The notes below the pieces were generated by a model. The model worked only from the letters and a program-made list of their open reading frames with translations, was not told where the DNA came from and made no database searches. 64,000 nt of DNA. Source: a virus. Position 1 is the first letter of the stretch; the number at the start of each line of letters is the position of its first letter. Location: the IMG/VR virus record IMGVR_UViG_3300049645_000091; one strand, given 5' to 3'. Shown here piece by piece: positions 1-10,546 of the stretch. The translations under genes and the position numbers were made by a program.

Positions 1-3000
1 ACCTCCGCCCTTAGAAGTCCCACCAAATCCACCCATAATATATCCACCGCCTCCGCCATAACCACCGAGGAAACCGCCTAGTACAGATGATAAACTTGAT
101 CCAAGATTAGTACCAGCAGATTCTATTTTACTAGCTAAGCCACCCATAGCGTTTGTAGCGCCTGTTAGTTCCCCAATGAGTTTGTTGCCTTCTTCTATTA
201 TCTTTTGATTGTCAGTATAGATCTTATCATGAGTGGTTGCTTGATAACCCAAATAATCATATGCTTGATCAACACTTTCATCACGTACTTTACTAAAATC
301 ATACAAGCTATCCTGAACACCTGTTTCCCATGCTGTACTAGTAAATGCGACATTATTTATCCATAGGTCGCCTCTTTCTATAGCAGCGTTTTGTTCCATT
401 GCTAATAAATATCTATTATAATCAAAATTAGCAGCATTTATAGCACTAGAAGTTTGTGCAGTATAATTTGCTGCTTCACGTTGAACATTTGCACTAGATT
501 TAGCGGCGCTTGTTGTTATTTCACCGGCTTTCTTCGCGGAGGCCTGTTGATAATCCATGACACCCCCACCAGATATATATTCTGATGGATTTATGTAAGA
601 GGTTGTTCCATATGGATTTGTATATTTTAGACCGGGTATGGTAATTGTATTACCCATACATGTCATATCTGTGAAAGTGCCTTCAACATTGCTGGCGCTC
701 CTTATAGAAACTGAATCCATTGGGTTATATGAGGTAGTTTCCCCGCCCGGTGGAGTATATTTCAGGGCATTAACCATTACTCGGTTACCCATACAAGTCA
801 TGTCTTCGAAATTGTCAACAGTCATTGTATCGGGAGTAGATGTCATGGTACCACTAGATTTGAACAGTCCAGACGGTAAAAATCCACCCAACACACTGCC
901 TGCTACAGAACCAAGTCTATCGATAATAGGATCAACATAATTGGATGATTTTGAACCTCCATCGCCATCACCACCAGTACCGCCCCCAAATCTAATTTCT
1001 AGATTTCGGAGTTTTTGTGCCGCAGCATCTGCACCAGCGATTAGACTAGTTTCAGCGCTTTTTCCACCAGCCTCAACATTTTTACCACCTGTAGTAGCAT
1101 CTGTAAAGAAACTAAATCCAGATTTTTGAGTATCTCCTACCCATTTATTACCGGATGCTTCAAACTGTTGTTGAGCAACTTTACCAATTGCTGCTATTTC
1201 TTGACCGGAGGCAGTTAATCCAATTCTAACAGGGCCATAACTTTCCGCAACACTATTTTTTGTTATTGTACTGGTTTCAATCGCAGTATTTCTAGCGGTA
1301 GAATTTACAAAATCTGCCGCAGTTATAGTCTTGGTTGAGCTATATAATGCGCTATCTTTGGTGTTTTGATTAGCTCTGGTCTGCACCTCATCATATTCTC
1401 TAAATGTTTGCTTAGCTGCATTATTTATCTCGGTATTTGTTTGGCGGGAGTAATCAGAGGCAGATCGTATATCTTTGGGAATTGGCACCACGCTATCAGC
1501 AATATCTTGACTGATTTCTTTTGTATTTGTTGGATAATCTATCAAATATGGCAATATTTTTTTAAGTTCGTCATTTGCCATTCTAAACGAGTCACCAAGA
1601 TATGTTATGTCCTCGCCTAGATCAGTTGTTAGATATGAGTAGCCTTCCCCAGCCGATTTCATCTCGTCCATTACAAATCCTTGACCGCCTGTCCTATAAC
1701 CAGCATAATTAGTATTCCAACCACTAGTATCTATTACAGGAAAACCAGGAATTGATGAGCCGGGCCAATCTTTAGGATCGATAACAGTTGTTGACATCGT
1801 TGGCGGTAGAGTTACCGTCGATACATCCAATGGTTTATTAAACGTATCAGATGATTTAATAATATCATATATATTTGCGGTATTCTGAGATATGGTTTTA
1901 TTTGTGTCATACATACGCACAGCAGCATAACCCTTATAATTCTTACCTTCCGCTTTACGCAAATTATATTCTTCAACCGATATAGTACTACCGCTATCTT
2001 GATTATAATATTTTATGATCGGATTTACTTTGCCAACTGCCCCGCCAATATTTCCTATAGATGGTAAATTTATACCAGCTATTTTGCTAACAAGTGATTC
2101 TACCGCATCAATAGCAGGCTGTAAATATCCAGCAATAGTACTCCCCACGCCCGAAAATGCATTTCCTATACTAGTAGCCGCACCCGCAGCTAACACAATT
2201 ATAGTATTCCATGTTTTAGCAAACACCGCGTATATCTCAAGAGCAGCTTGAACAACTATCTGGATCATGGAGTTTGCTGCGGGAGTCATAGCTCCGGCAA
2301 CTCCACTAAGGAATCCACTCCCTATCTGACTTATAATATCCCAGCCAAGGCCTGCCCAATCCGAAGCTATATTTATAGCATCATCTATATACTGGCCCCA
2401 ATCTGTTGTAGATATAGTTTTAAAGCCATCTTCGATGAAATTGCCTATAGACTCGCCTAATTTGCGGGGGCCTCCACCAGTCGCCCAACTATTCAGATTA
2501 TCATAGATCCATCCAGCCAGATCAAGAGCAGTTCCTATAACAGCATTGGCCCCATCACCTATCATGGTGACGATTTCACCACCAAGTTGGCTCCAATTAA
2601 TCTGTTGAATCCAAGCTATAGCATTGGTAAAACCTGTTTTAAGATGGTCGCCTGCGGCTCCCCAATCACCCCTCGATATATCATCATATACCTGGCGAGC
2701 AACAGTTGCTACACCATTTAAAGCTTCAGATGCAACCTGATTGAAGTATGTGAATTTTTCGGGCGCGAGCGAGTAGCCAATTGCTGCTAAACCAAGTGAT
2801 ACTGTTCCAGCAACAACTGCAATACCAGCTATAGCAGAAGCAACTGACCCAGCAGTAGCTATTAACGGTGCTATGCTTATCCCTGCAAATGCGGCTGATA
2901 CTCTAGTAGCCAACCCCAATAAACTAGTCGATATTCCCGCTATAACAGGTGCTATTAGACCGGGTATAGCTGCAAATGCGGCGGGTATCTTCGAAACCGC

Positions 3001-4521
3001 TGCAACTACAGTTCCAGCATTGGATGCAATAAGAAGTAAGCCCGCTGTTATACCGCCCGCCTTTAGAAGATCAATTCCTCCCAGATCTACAAATTTTTGT
3101 TTAAGGCCATCAACAACTTTTCCAACTGCTTCCCAAGTGTTAACAGTTCCATCAAGATTGCGACTGCTGTCTACTATTTGTTGCAACCATTGTACAGCGC
3201 CTTTTAAACTCTCCGAAAATCCCTTAACACCGTTTAAAACCGGCCCCGTAAATATTTCACCAAACACCTCTTTAACAGAGAACAAACGTTGCTCCATTAA
3301 GTCCCATTGATCATTAAGAGTTTGTATGGTGTTTGTGTATGCACGATTTACTTCACCACCGCTACTTTTTGAAACATCTTGAATTTCTCTGAATTTTTCT
3401 AATGCGCCGCCTGCGCCCAACTTGGAAAACTCTCGACCAGCATAAGAACCAAACAATCCAGTACCAAGAGCGTTTTTAGTTAATCTATCTACATCTAATG
3501 ATTCAATAGCATCAAGAAGGCGAATTTGTGTCTCACCCATATTTTCTTCTGCCATCTTTTCATATTGGCTTTTAGTAACACCCAATAACCTTGATGCGAC
3601 ATCAGCCCTACTAAATTCCGCTATCTTTTTGCCTTCGGCATCCCTAGTTTGCATTCCTATTTTAGAAAGAGCGTTTTCTATTCTAGCGGTGGATTCACCT
3701 GCTAATCCAGCAGTTGATACTGAAGATGTAAGCGCAGTTCTCATCAAGTCGGGGCGGATACCATACTGATTCATCAAAGCATAAAATGCAATTTGAGAAT
3801 CAATATCGTTAGCAGTACCACGTAAAACTGCGGAACCACTCGCGTCGACTATAGCATCTGTTAAATCTTTAGCTCCAATTGTATATTTATTAGCAACCGT
3901 AAGCACTTTATCCATGATGTCGCTTGAGTACTTTGTCATCTTCTGAGTTCTGAGAATGGGATCTTGTATATCAATTCCTGATTGTTCTCTATTAATCTGG
4001 GAGCTTTTTATAACCATATTAGCAATATCATCAGGACTTACCTCATAATTTGTAGCTTTAACCATCTTAAGAGTTTGCTCGGTTAAATTGTAGAGGGCTT
4101 CGCCCTCATATCCAGCCAGCGCATATGGCTCCGCTGCTTTTGTAAGCTCTTGTCTAGTCTTGATTGGAATTTCAATATACATATCTTGGAAGGCTCTTGA
4201 AAATTCGGTAAACGCTTTTTTACCTTCCGGCATTGTATAATCAAATTCAGGAATAGCAACCCGCGCTAATCCCATCATCTGAGTTTCCCAATCAGCAGCA
4301 GCCTTGGTGGAGATTGCAATGGCAGCAGTTATCCCACCGATGCCAGCAATAAGACCAGCGAATGTCACTGCTGCAATACTTTTTAAGCTCGATTCTAGAC
4401 CAGCAGCAGCTCTCTGAGCGAACGCCATCTGAGCTACCATTGACTGAATACCGCTTTGAAAGGCGGTCACGTTCAAAGCTGCGGACCATACCAAGCTACC
4501 GCCTGGATTATAAGCTGCCAT
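1..4521 (-). CDS. Tail tape measure protein (3' end runs off the window)
   Basis: ATG at 4521 (MAAYNPGGSLVWSAALNVTAFQSGIQSMVAQM...AAADWETQMMGLARV). I read the frame at its two ends (not codon by codon); it is Ala/Gly-rich and lies downstream of the tail tube and chaperones. It is absent from the ORF track, consistent with no stop codon inside the window. Confidence 0.88.
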   Translation of the reverse strand, partial: MAAYNPGGSLVWSAALNVTAFQSGIQSMVAQMAFAQRAAAGLESSLKSIAAVTFAGLIAGIGGITAAIAISTKAAADWETQMMGLARVAIPEFDYTMPEGKKAFTEFSRAFQDMYIEIPIKTRQELTKAAEPYALAGYEGEALYNLTEQTLKMVKATNYEVSPDDIANMVIKSSQINREQSGIDIQDPILRTQKMTKYSSDIMDKVLTVANKYTIGAKDLTDAIVDASGSAVLRGTANDIDSQIAFYALMNQYGIRPDLMRTALTSSVSTAGLAGESTARIENALSKIGMQTRDAEGKKIAEFSRADVASRLLGVTKSQYEKMAEENMGETQIRLLDAIESLDVDRLTKNALGTGLFGSYAGREFSKLGAGGALEKFREIQDVSKSSGGEVNRAYTNTIQTLNDQWDLMEQRLFSVKEVFGEIFTGPVLNGVKGFSESLKGAVQWLQQIVDSSRNLDGTVNTWEAVGKVVDGLKQKFVDLGGIDLLKAGGITAGLLLIASNAGTVVAAVSKIPAAFAAIPGLIAPVIAGISTSLLGLATRVSAAFAGISIAPLIATAGSVASAIAGIAVVAGTVSLGLAAIGYSLAPEKFTYFNQVASEALNGVATVARQVYDDISRGDWGAAGDHLKTGFTNAIAWIQQINWSQLGGEIVTMIGDGANAVIGTALDLAGWIYDNLNSWATGGGPRKLGESIGNFIEDGFKTISTTDWGQYIDDAINIASDWAGLGWDIISQIGSGFLSGVAGAMTPAANSMIQIVVQAALEIYAVFAKTWNTIIVLAAGAATSIGNAFSGVGSTIAGYLQPAIDAVESLVSKIAGINLPSIGNIGGAVGKVNPIIKYYNQDSGSTISVEEYNLRKAEGKNYKGYAAVRMYDTNKTISQNTANIYDIIKSSDTFNKPLDVSTVTLPPTMSTTVIDPKDWPGSSIPGFPVIDTSGWNTNYAGYRTGGQGFVMDEMKSAGEGYSYLTTDLGEDITYLGDSFRMANDELKKILPYLIDYPTNTKEISQDIADSVVPIPKDIRSASDYSRQTNTEINNAAKQTFREYDEVQTRANQNTKDSALYSSTKTITAADFVNSTARNTAIETSTITKNSVAESYGPVRIGLTASGQEIAAIGKVAQQQFEASGNKWVGDTQKSGFSFFTDATTGGKNVEAGGKSAETSLIAGADAAAQKLRNLEIRFGGGTGGDGDGGSKSSNYVDPIIDRLGSVAGSVLGGFLPSGLFKSSGTMTSTPDTMTVDNFEDMTCMGNRVMVNALKYTPPGGETTSYNPMDSVSIRSASNVEGTFTDMTCMGNTITIPGLKYTNPYGTTSYINPSEYISGGGVMDYQQASAKKAGEITTSAAKSSANVQREAANYTAQTSSAINAANFDYNRYLLAMEQNAAIERGDLWINNVAFTSTAWETGVQDSLYDFSKVRDESVDQAYDYLGYQATTHDKIYTDNQKIIEEGNKLIGELTGATNAMGGLASKIESAGTNLGSSLSSVLGGFLGGYGGGGGYIMGGFGGTSKGGG

Positions 4522-4602
4522 ATAATAACCCCCATATAATAATATAAATGTTCAAATAAATATCAAAATAATTATAAAAAAATGAATGGTTGGGTTGTTT
4601 TA

Positions 4603-4908
4603 TTACAACCCTCGTTTCTTCTTTATCCCATATTTAGCTTCTTTGTAGTTCCCCGCGTTTTCATTCGCTATATCTTTCATCCAATCGTCGAAGTCTATTT
4701 CGGGCTGTTTTTTACTCGCGTGTCTTTGGGCATCTTTTGCAGCATCCGCCTCCGCAACTAAACTTGCCTCAACACATTCCCAATTAAATAAGAAGATCTG
4801 AAGCGGCTCCAACATCCATTCCAGCGGCGTTTTTGCAGGACACTCCCTTGCCAACTTGCCTGCGAGCACTTTTAAGTTTTTGCTCAAGTTGGGGTCCACT
4901 TTTCCCAA
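4603..4908 (-). CDS. Tail assembly chaperone, gpT-like frameshift portion
   Basis: Overlaps 4784-5287 in another frame directly upstream of the tape measure gene. GGGAAAA run at 4900-4906 (minus). Confidence 0.55.
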   Translation of the reverse strand: MGKVDPNLSKNLKVLAGKLARECPAKTPLEWMLEPLQIFLFNWECVEASLVAEADAAKDAQRHASKKQPEIDFDDWMKDIANENAGNYKEAKYGIKKKRGL

Positions 4909-5287
4909 CCCCAGGCGAGAACGCCGTCTCTAACAACTGTTTATTTTCCACCGTCAAATCCCTAATGGATATTTCGCCTGCCTCATAATTGGCCTGGCCC
5001 TTCTCACAATTCACAAACTTAATACCACACGCCCTATCAATGCAGAAATTAAAAACATCGCACGAGTAATCGAACTGTTCCTCTGTATCTGCATCAGCAT
5101 CAAAATCAGCATATATAGCCGCTAGATCGAAAGCGGTGGCCGGAGTATATATGATGGGCACCTCAAATATCTCATCAGTTTGAGGATTCTCAAACTCAAT
5201 AATGATCTCATACTTCTTCGCGCCTTTCATAAAGCGGGCAAACTCTTGCCTAGCATCTGCCTTTTCTACTCTAAGTCGTTTTGACAT
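4784..5287 (-). CDS. Tail assembly chaperone (gpG-like)
   Basis: Acidic 167-aa ORF between the tail tube and tape measure genes. Confidence 0.6.
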   Translation of the reverse strand: MSKRLRVEKADARQEFARFMKGAKKYEIIIEFENPQTDEIFEVPIIYTPATAFDLAAIYADFDADADTEEQFDYSCDVFNFCIDRACGIKFVNCEKGQANYEAGEISIRDLTVENKQLLETAFSPGVGKSGPQLEQKLKSARRQVGKGVSCKNAAGMDVGAASDLLI

Positions 5288-5289
5288 TT

Positions 5290-5994
5290 TTATACCTCAC
5301 GTTTAATCATTAAGTCGTTTGGTGAGTACGCATATACTCCAATATGTTTCAAAAATATAGACGTATCAGCCAATACTTTGAAACCTTTCTCTCGGGCAAG
5401 ATAACAAAACCCATAATCTTCGCCCAGCCAATACCCCTCATTATCCTTCTGATCCACCACAATCTCCGCAAACATTGGATAATAAATCAAAAGTTCCTTA
5501 CCATCATGAAACTTCCCACAATGCGTCAATATACAATCCTTAGCAACCGCATCAACTGCCGCGCGGGGGATCGCAATAAACCCACAGCCCAGCCCCTCAA
5601 CTTCCTGAATCTCCCCATTAAAATTAAACTTTCCATCGGGCGTCTTAACAATAGCGATGGGGGGCAATTCCCTCTTCATGTAGACCCCACCGACGATCTG
5701 CTGCTCCTCATATGCATGTTTGCAGATCTTCCAAAAATCAGCAGGTGTAAATGCCACATCATCATCGATAAATGCCAGAATATCGTTATCGGTGTCCCGA
5801 TGGAATATTGTGGCCCAGGTGCTCCTAGACTTGGCTATACTGGCCTCTAGACCTACCACAGTGGTCAATCTGAAGCCTTTTGGGACCGCTGTAATCAACC
5901 CATCCATAGACAGCTTCGATGATACGTCTATGGAGCGATGACTACACACGGCCAAAAGTACTTTTATAGTATTCGGCTGTTCCATTTTGCTCAT
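5290..5994 (-). CDS. GT-A fold (family 2-like) glycosyltransferase
   Basis: FIDDDV (DxD) motif, GCGF, GEDYGFC, terminal HIG. Confidence 0.8.
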   Translation of the reverse strand: MSKMEQPNTIKVLLAVCSHRSIDVSSKLSMDGLITAVPKGFRLTTVVGLEASIAKSRSTWATIFHRDTDNDILAFIDDDVAFTPADFWKICKHAYEEQQIVGGVYMKRELPPIAIVKTPDGKFNFNGEIQEVEGLGCGFIAIPRAAVDAVAKDCILTHCGKFHDGKELLIYYPMFAEIVVDQKDNEGYWLGEDYGFCYLAREKGFKVLADTSIFLKHIGVYAYSPNDLMIKREV

Positions 5995-6240
5995 ATAATT
6001 TTCACCAAATTACTATAATATTTTCATAGTATAAAAATTTATCTATGCTTTATGAAACGCTACATTTGCATATACATTAGCTTCCCCTAGCAAATTTAAC
6101 GTAGTTGCCCCATTCAAATAAACAGGCTGTGGCGTCGTGCGATATATCTTCAAAAAGAATATTTCGGATTCAGAAGGAATAAAACATTCTTCCTATCGGC
6201 ATTTTAAACCGACCAGTTCTTCTGGAAGACTATCAATATT

Positions 6241-7527
6241 TCAGGCGCTACTATAAGCAGCGTTCTTAGTATTGATCAGGAATGCTTCAGCCTCAAATCC
6301 AACCCCAGCAGTGCCATCAATCTCAGCCGTAAAATTAACCTTAGCATTCAACCTATTTCCAGTAGAACCCGGCGTAAACGAAGTAATGTTTACCGATGGC
6401 ATATACATTATAAAGGCGTATGGAATCTTGCCTGCATAGAAGAACCACCTATCAGAAGTAGCCCCGCCAGTTGCACCACTGAATTGCACAGTTACGCCAT
6501 CACTGAGAGCCATAGCCCCAGTTGTCACCATAGTAGCGGTTGCCCATGCCCCACCATTTGCCCGCCAAGACATCTTATTTGATGCGCCAGCCTCGGTTAT
6601 CTTAACCTCAAACAACTTATAATCAGCGGTTCCATTGTAAGACCCAGAGGACGTAAGAGCTACAGTTCCAGCGCCAGCTACCTTCATAGTAGCACCCACT
6701 GTAGTAGCCGTAGATACTATAGCAGCAGACTCCCACACAATCATAATTGGGATCTTTGTTTTATTTAGTATTGGGCCGGTTGTAGAACCCCAGAAATCAT
6801 TAATTTCAGTAGTACTTTCCACAAAAATTGTAAGATCGCCGCTAACAGTTCTATCTCCCGCTAAAATATGATCAGCGTAGAGAACACCAAGAGATTTAGC
6901 ATCTTGAGGATCAATACCATTATCAATACTTATAGATACATCCTCAACGTTCGTAGAAAGCACATCATCCCAATACACCTTAGCACCAGACGATCTAAAC
7001 ACTTTAGTCGCGCCCGAAACATAAGTAGCGGTGCCAAATGTGCTTGCAGTTGCAAGCTGTGACCCCACAATATCAGCCGAATAATCTAAAATAGACGCTT
7101 TGCTATTCTTAATATCCAACTTATTTACCTGGCAATTACTACCAGTAACCTCGTAAACACCCGTTTTCATCCAAACTGTAAAACTTGGCACCTGAGTATC
7201 AACCACGTTAAACTTATGGATATAACAACCAGTTGTCACGGTCGCTGAAGTAGCCGATCCAAACGCCCCGTACAACATTGGTCCAAAACCATTATCCTCG
7301 GGGAATGCCCAGCTCGATATATTACCAGTTATATGATAGGGTTTATCAACCGTAAATGTTAATCCTCTAGAACCCATCGCCCGCAATTCATCCTGATCAA
7401 CTACCGGATCAAGAACCGCCTCAGAAGTAGTATACACATATTCCTGGGGAGCACTTTCAATAGTACCCGCTGTCTCTTCTCTTGCGATACCAACCTTCAC
7501 TGATTTTATGCTATCCGTCCACACCAT
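6241..7527 (-). CDS. Major tail tube protein
   Basis: Beta-rich protein starting VKVGIARE-T-GT, in the tail-tube position. Likely start MVWTD at 7527 after a GGAGG RBS. Confidence 0.75.
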   Translation of the reverse strand: MVWTDSIKSVKVGIAREETAGTIESAPQEYVYTTSEAVLDPVVDQDELRAMGSRGLTFTVDKPYHITGNISSWAFPEDNGFGPMLYGAFGSATSATVTTGCYIHKFNVVDTQVPSFTVWMKTGVYEVTGSNCQVNKLDIKNSKASILDYSADIVGSQLATASTFGTATYVSGATKVFRSSGAKVYWDDVLSTNVEDVSISIDNGIDPQDAKSLGVLYADHILAGDRTVSGDLTIFVESTTEINDFWGSTTGPILNKTKIPIMIVWESAAIVSTATTVGATMKVAGAGTVALTSSGSYNGTADYKLFEVKITEAGASNKMSWRANGGAWATATMVTTGAMALSDGVTVQFSGATGGATSDRWFFYAGKIPYAFIMYMPSVNITSFTPGSTGNRLNAKVNFTAEIDGTAGVGFEAEAFLINTKNAAYSSA

Positions 7528-7552
7528 GTTAATAACCTCCAAATTTATTTAT

Positions 7553-8008
7553 CTATTTGCTGTTCTTTAAATAATAACCATACACAATCATCGCTGAATG
7601 CCACGCTGAAATTTCCTCATCAAAAAACAAATTATCGTTTATTCTATCAATATATATAATATAAGTATTATCTAATGTTTTAACAACGTCCCCCTCAATG
7701 AGAACTTTAACCCTATTCCCAACATCCCTACAATACTTAGAATTATTGCCTTTCACTGACGCTACATCGATCTGGAACATCCCCGACGCACGAACCAATC
7801 CATGTGCATCATATCCCATCTGCGCCTTAGTAACCACATTCGGGAGCGACACCGATATCATAGTCTGGTTACCACCAGTCAAATTCGCCGATACATTCTT
7901 GGCCGGAAAATCAATCTCAAACTTTCCATCAACCATCCCAAAGAGGGTATCATCGTCGGAAAGCGCCCTTGATAGCGCTACCAAAAACCCATAATCAGTT
8001 GTAACCAT
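7553..8008 (-). CDS. Tail completion/terminator protein
   Basis: Size, FQIDV motif and position upstream of the tail tube. Confidence 0.6.
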   Translation of the reverse strand: MVTTDYGFLVALSRALSDDDTLFGMVDGKFEIDFPAKNVSANLTGGNQTMISVSLPNVVTKAQMGYDAHGLVRASGMFQIDVASVKGNNSKYCRDVGNRVKVLIEGDVVKTLDNTYIIYIDRINDNLFFDEEISAWHSAMIVYGYYLKNSK

Positions 8009-8394
8009 TATCCTATCCCCAATGCCCCGTCAATATGTGCTCTAATGATCTCTGGTGCCTTCTCCTCAACCACATTCATCGCGGGCCAGAAGTGGGCCAC
8101 CCTACCCCCCCATTTATATTCGACATATGGGGCATAATATAAATCTGTACTTATATTAATATTTACCACACTCGTGCCCGATTTAGTGTACTCCCCATGA
8201 TAAGAATCATGTAGCGCGCCAGTAAGATATCCATGACCAGGATATAATCTACTTTGAATCTCTTGTACCGCTACATCAATAATCTCCTGGGCTGCATCAT
8301 CAATGGCACTATTAACACCAGGAACAACCCTGTTCAGAAACCCGGCAAACATAGCAGCATTAAGTAGACCAAACGATGTTCCAAGTGCGCTCAT
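8008..8394 (-). CDS. HK97 gp10-like neck/tail component
   Basis: TGALHDS...YAPYVEY...HFWPA pattern typical of the gp10 family. Confidence 0.75.
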   Translation of the reverse strand: MSALGTSFGLLNAAMFAGFLNRVVPGVNSAIDDAAQEIIDVAVQEIQSRLYPGHGYLTGALHDSYHGEYTKSGTSVVNINISTDLYYAPYVEYKWGGRVAHFWPAMNVVEEKAPEIIRAHIDGALGIG

Positions 8395-8403
8395 ACTTAC
8401 CGC

Positions 8404-8652
8404 CTACGACCTTTTAATATTGTCCACACTATCTTTGATATCTTCATTGATACGTAGTATAATTTTGGCCTGTACATCATGTTCATCATACTTTTTTGAT
8501 AACTCATACACAGCGTTTTTTACATCTTGCGTCTCATTTATAACATTAACAAGTTTGTCCACAATTCGATCAGTGGATTTTTCCCATTGTTTAGGCATCT
8601 GATAAACAAAAAAACCAGCTATCCCAATACAAAATATTATCATAACGCCCAA
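8404..8652 (-). CDS. Small membrane-anchored coiled-coil protein (holin-like)
   Basis: N-terminal hydrophobic helix followed by a coiled coil. The true start may lie further upstream. Confidence 0.4.
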   Translation of the reverse strand: MGVMIIFCIGIAGFFVYQMPKQWEKSTDRIVDKLVNVINETQDVKNAVYELSKKYDEHDVQAKIILRINEDIKDSVDNIKRS

Positions 8653-8724
8653 TAAAACGAGAAAAAAATCACCATTTGCGGCACTTAATACCGTTTCCGT
8701 GGGATCAACGATAATAATACCACC

Positions 8725-8976
8725 TCACTTCAGCAGCGGAATTGTAGTCTTAACGAAGAAGAATGCAAATCCCATCATCGCTAAGTTATATAGTCCCTCA
8801 GTGTCAATAGCTGTACCCGCAAACACTGGCAAGTAAACCGCCCCAATATACCCAAACAACGCAATAAGCGCCAAAATCAAAGTCCTGACACCTACAAATC
8901 GATGTTGGTTTATCTCAACCACATCTTCAGGATACTCATATCCATCATCAACAACTTCATCAACCATATCAATCAC
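8725..8976 (-). CDS. Two-TM membrane protein (holin-like)
   Basis: Two hydrophobic segments and an acidic N-terminus. Confidence 0.4.
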   Translation of the reverse strand: MIDMVDEVVDDGYEYPEDVVEINQHRFVGVRTLILALIALFGYIGAVYLPVFAGTAIDTEGLYNLAMMGFAFFFVKTTIPLLK

Positions 8977-9601
8977 TCCTTTTTACAGCATAAAATCTCA
9001 CAAAATCTACCATATTAGTATTAAGTTGCATATGCTCCTGCACCTGCCCATACACAACATAAACACCTTTCATCTTACCAATGGTAAACTCGACACCCTC
9101 ATCAATCTCATCAGGGTTCCCTCCAACCAACACTTCCCACATGCCAGGCGTTGAGATTCCAGCTTGTTTGACCTGCAATAAAAGCGCCAATCCCTGTGCT
9201 CTAACATACCTAATCCGGGCAGGTAACGTCTTTTCAACGGTCCATTCAACCGGGTTACCCGCCGCGTCACACGTTGTTATCTCTATGGTGGGCACTACAC
9301 TCTCATCCACAAACCCCGTAGTCGTTATCGTTAATGCCCCAGCATCCCACGTATTACTAGTTATTTTCCACCGGGCCGCCGTGAAGCTAACATTCTCAAC
9401 AGTAGGTGCACCATCAACATTCCCGTTAACAATAACAACCCCGCTATTATCTGTACCACCCCCCACATCTATACGCAAATTTGCGCCATCCTCGGGCACA
9501 TCATGCAAACTTGTTAACGTTGGTGTTGCGATTTGATTAACTATTTTAGAATCTTTGGTATTAACGGTTATTTTTTGCGTTAATCCGCCCACCAACATCA
9601 A
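8969..9601 (-). CDS. Head-closure/adaptor protein (putative)
   Basis: Position in the neck module; beta-rich. Confidence 0.45.
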   Translation of the reverse strand: MMLVGGLTQKITVNTKDSKIVNQIATPTLTSLHDVPEDGANLRIDVGGGTDNSGVVIVNGNVDGAPTVENVSFTAARWKITSNTWDAGALTITTTGFVDESVVPTIEITTCDAAGNPVEWTVEKTLPARIRYVRAQGLALLLQVKQAGISTPGMWEVLVGGNPDEIDEGVEFTIGKMKGVYVVYGQVQEHMQLNTNMVDFVRFYAVKRSD

Positions 9602-10098
9602 ATCACTTCCATCTCAACATCATCAAACGGCACATCTTTAAACTCACTCGGATAATAAGTATCGTCTGCATGCTTAACAATACCCGTACTCAACACACTA
9701 GAAGATCCAGCCCGGATTATCTCAGCAATTAACTCATTATAGGCGGCCAGCCCGCTAGTGACACCGGCCACCCCTTTAACAACCTTATCATTGTTGATGC
9801 TGGTTTCTTTAGCATCCCAGTCTTTAAACTTCATCTCCCACAAATGTTGGATGAAGTAGGCGTACGCCCTCAACTTTTGCACATCTGACATTGTGATGGA
9901 ATTTTTAGCCAAATCAGAAGTAATTTGTGCATCTGCGATCCCATAAAATAGCAAAAAGTTGCCCTGGTTGGAAGATTGTGAATCGTATAAAATGTCGGCA
10001 TCAGTGTTTGTTGTTGCGCTTGATTCAGCGGCGGTTTGACAACTTAAAAAAGTGAATGCGTTAACATATTTTATTACATCTTCAGTAGTTATTGTCAC
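9598..10098 (-). CDS. Head-tail connector (putative)
   Basis: Position and helical composition. Confidence 0.45.
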   Translation of the reverse strand: MTITTEDVIKYVNAFTFLSCQTAAESSATTNTDADILYDSQSSNQGNFLLFYGIADAQITSDLAKNSITMSDVQKLRAYAYFIQHLWEMKFKDWDAKETSINNDKVVKGVAGVTSGLAAYNELIAEIIRAGSSSVLSTGIVKHADDTYYPSEFKDVPFDDVEMEVI

Positions 10099-10121
10099 AA
10101 CACCACCTCAAAAAATTATTT

Positions 10122-10541
10122 CTATGGGGTGTGAACACCACCCCCCATCGAGTTCCACCATAGCCTCATCATCATAATAAGGCCGATCGGATCAGTCCCA
10201 TACTTGCTTTCCCACTCATCCACAGTCAGCATCAACGCCGGATTTTCGGGGCTGGCAAACAGCAACCCCCGCCCACCATACGTATTCTGTATCCATTCGA
10301 TAGTCTGTATATCTTTTACAATACCAATAATCTTCTTGGCCTCGCGCGAGTATGGAACCTCTTCCGGCCCATTCTTCCCGATCACAATTAGCGACTTAAC
10401 TAAATCCATTATACCTATGTACGGCGATGCAATTCTTACTTGGACGGGCTTTGTCACCACTTCGGTTGGAAAAATACAAATCCCATCAATATCCAAGTAA
10501 TCTTCTTCTTCAACTTTATCTTTCGGCATGTTACACCTCAA
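10122..10541 (-). CDS. Hypothetical protein
   Basis: ORF in the structural operon. Confidence 0.5.
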   Translation of the reverse strand: MRCNMPKDKVEEEDYLDIDGICIFPTEVVTKPVQVRIASPYIGIMDLVKSLIVIGKNGPEEVPYSREAKKIIGIVKDIQTIEWIQNTYGGRGLLFASPENPALMLTVDEWESKYGTDPIGLIMMMRLWWNSMGGGVHTP

Positions 10542-10546
10542 TTATA

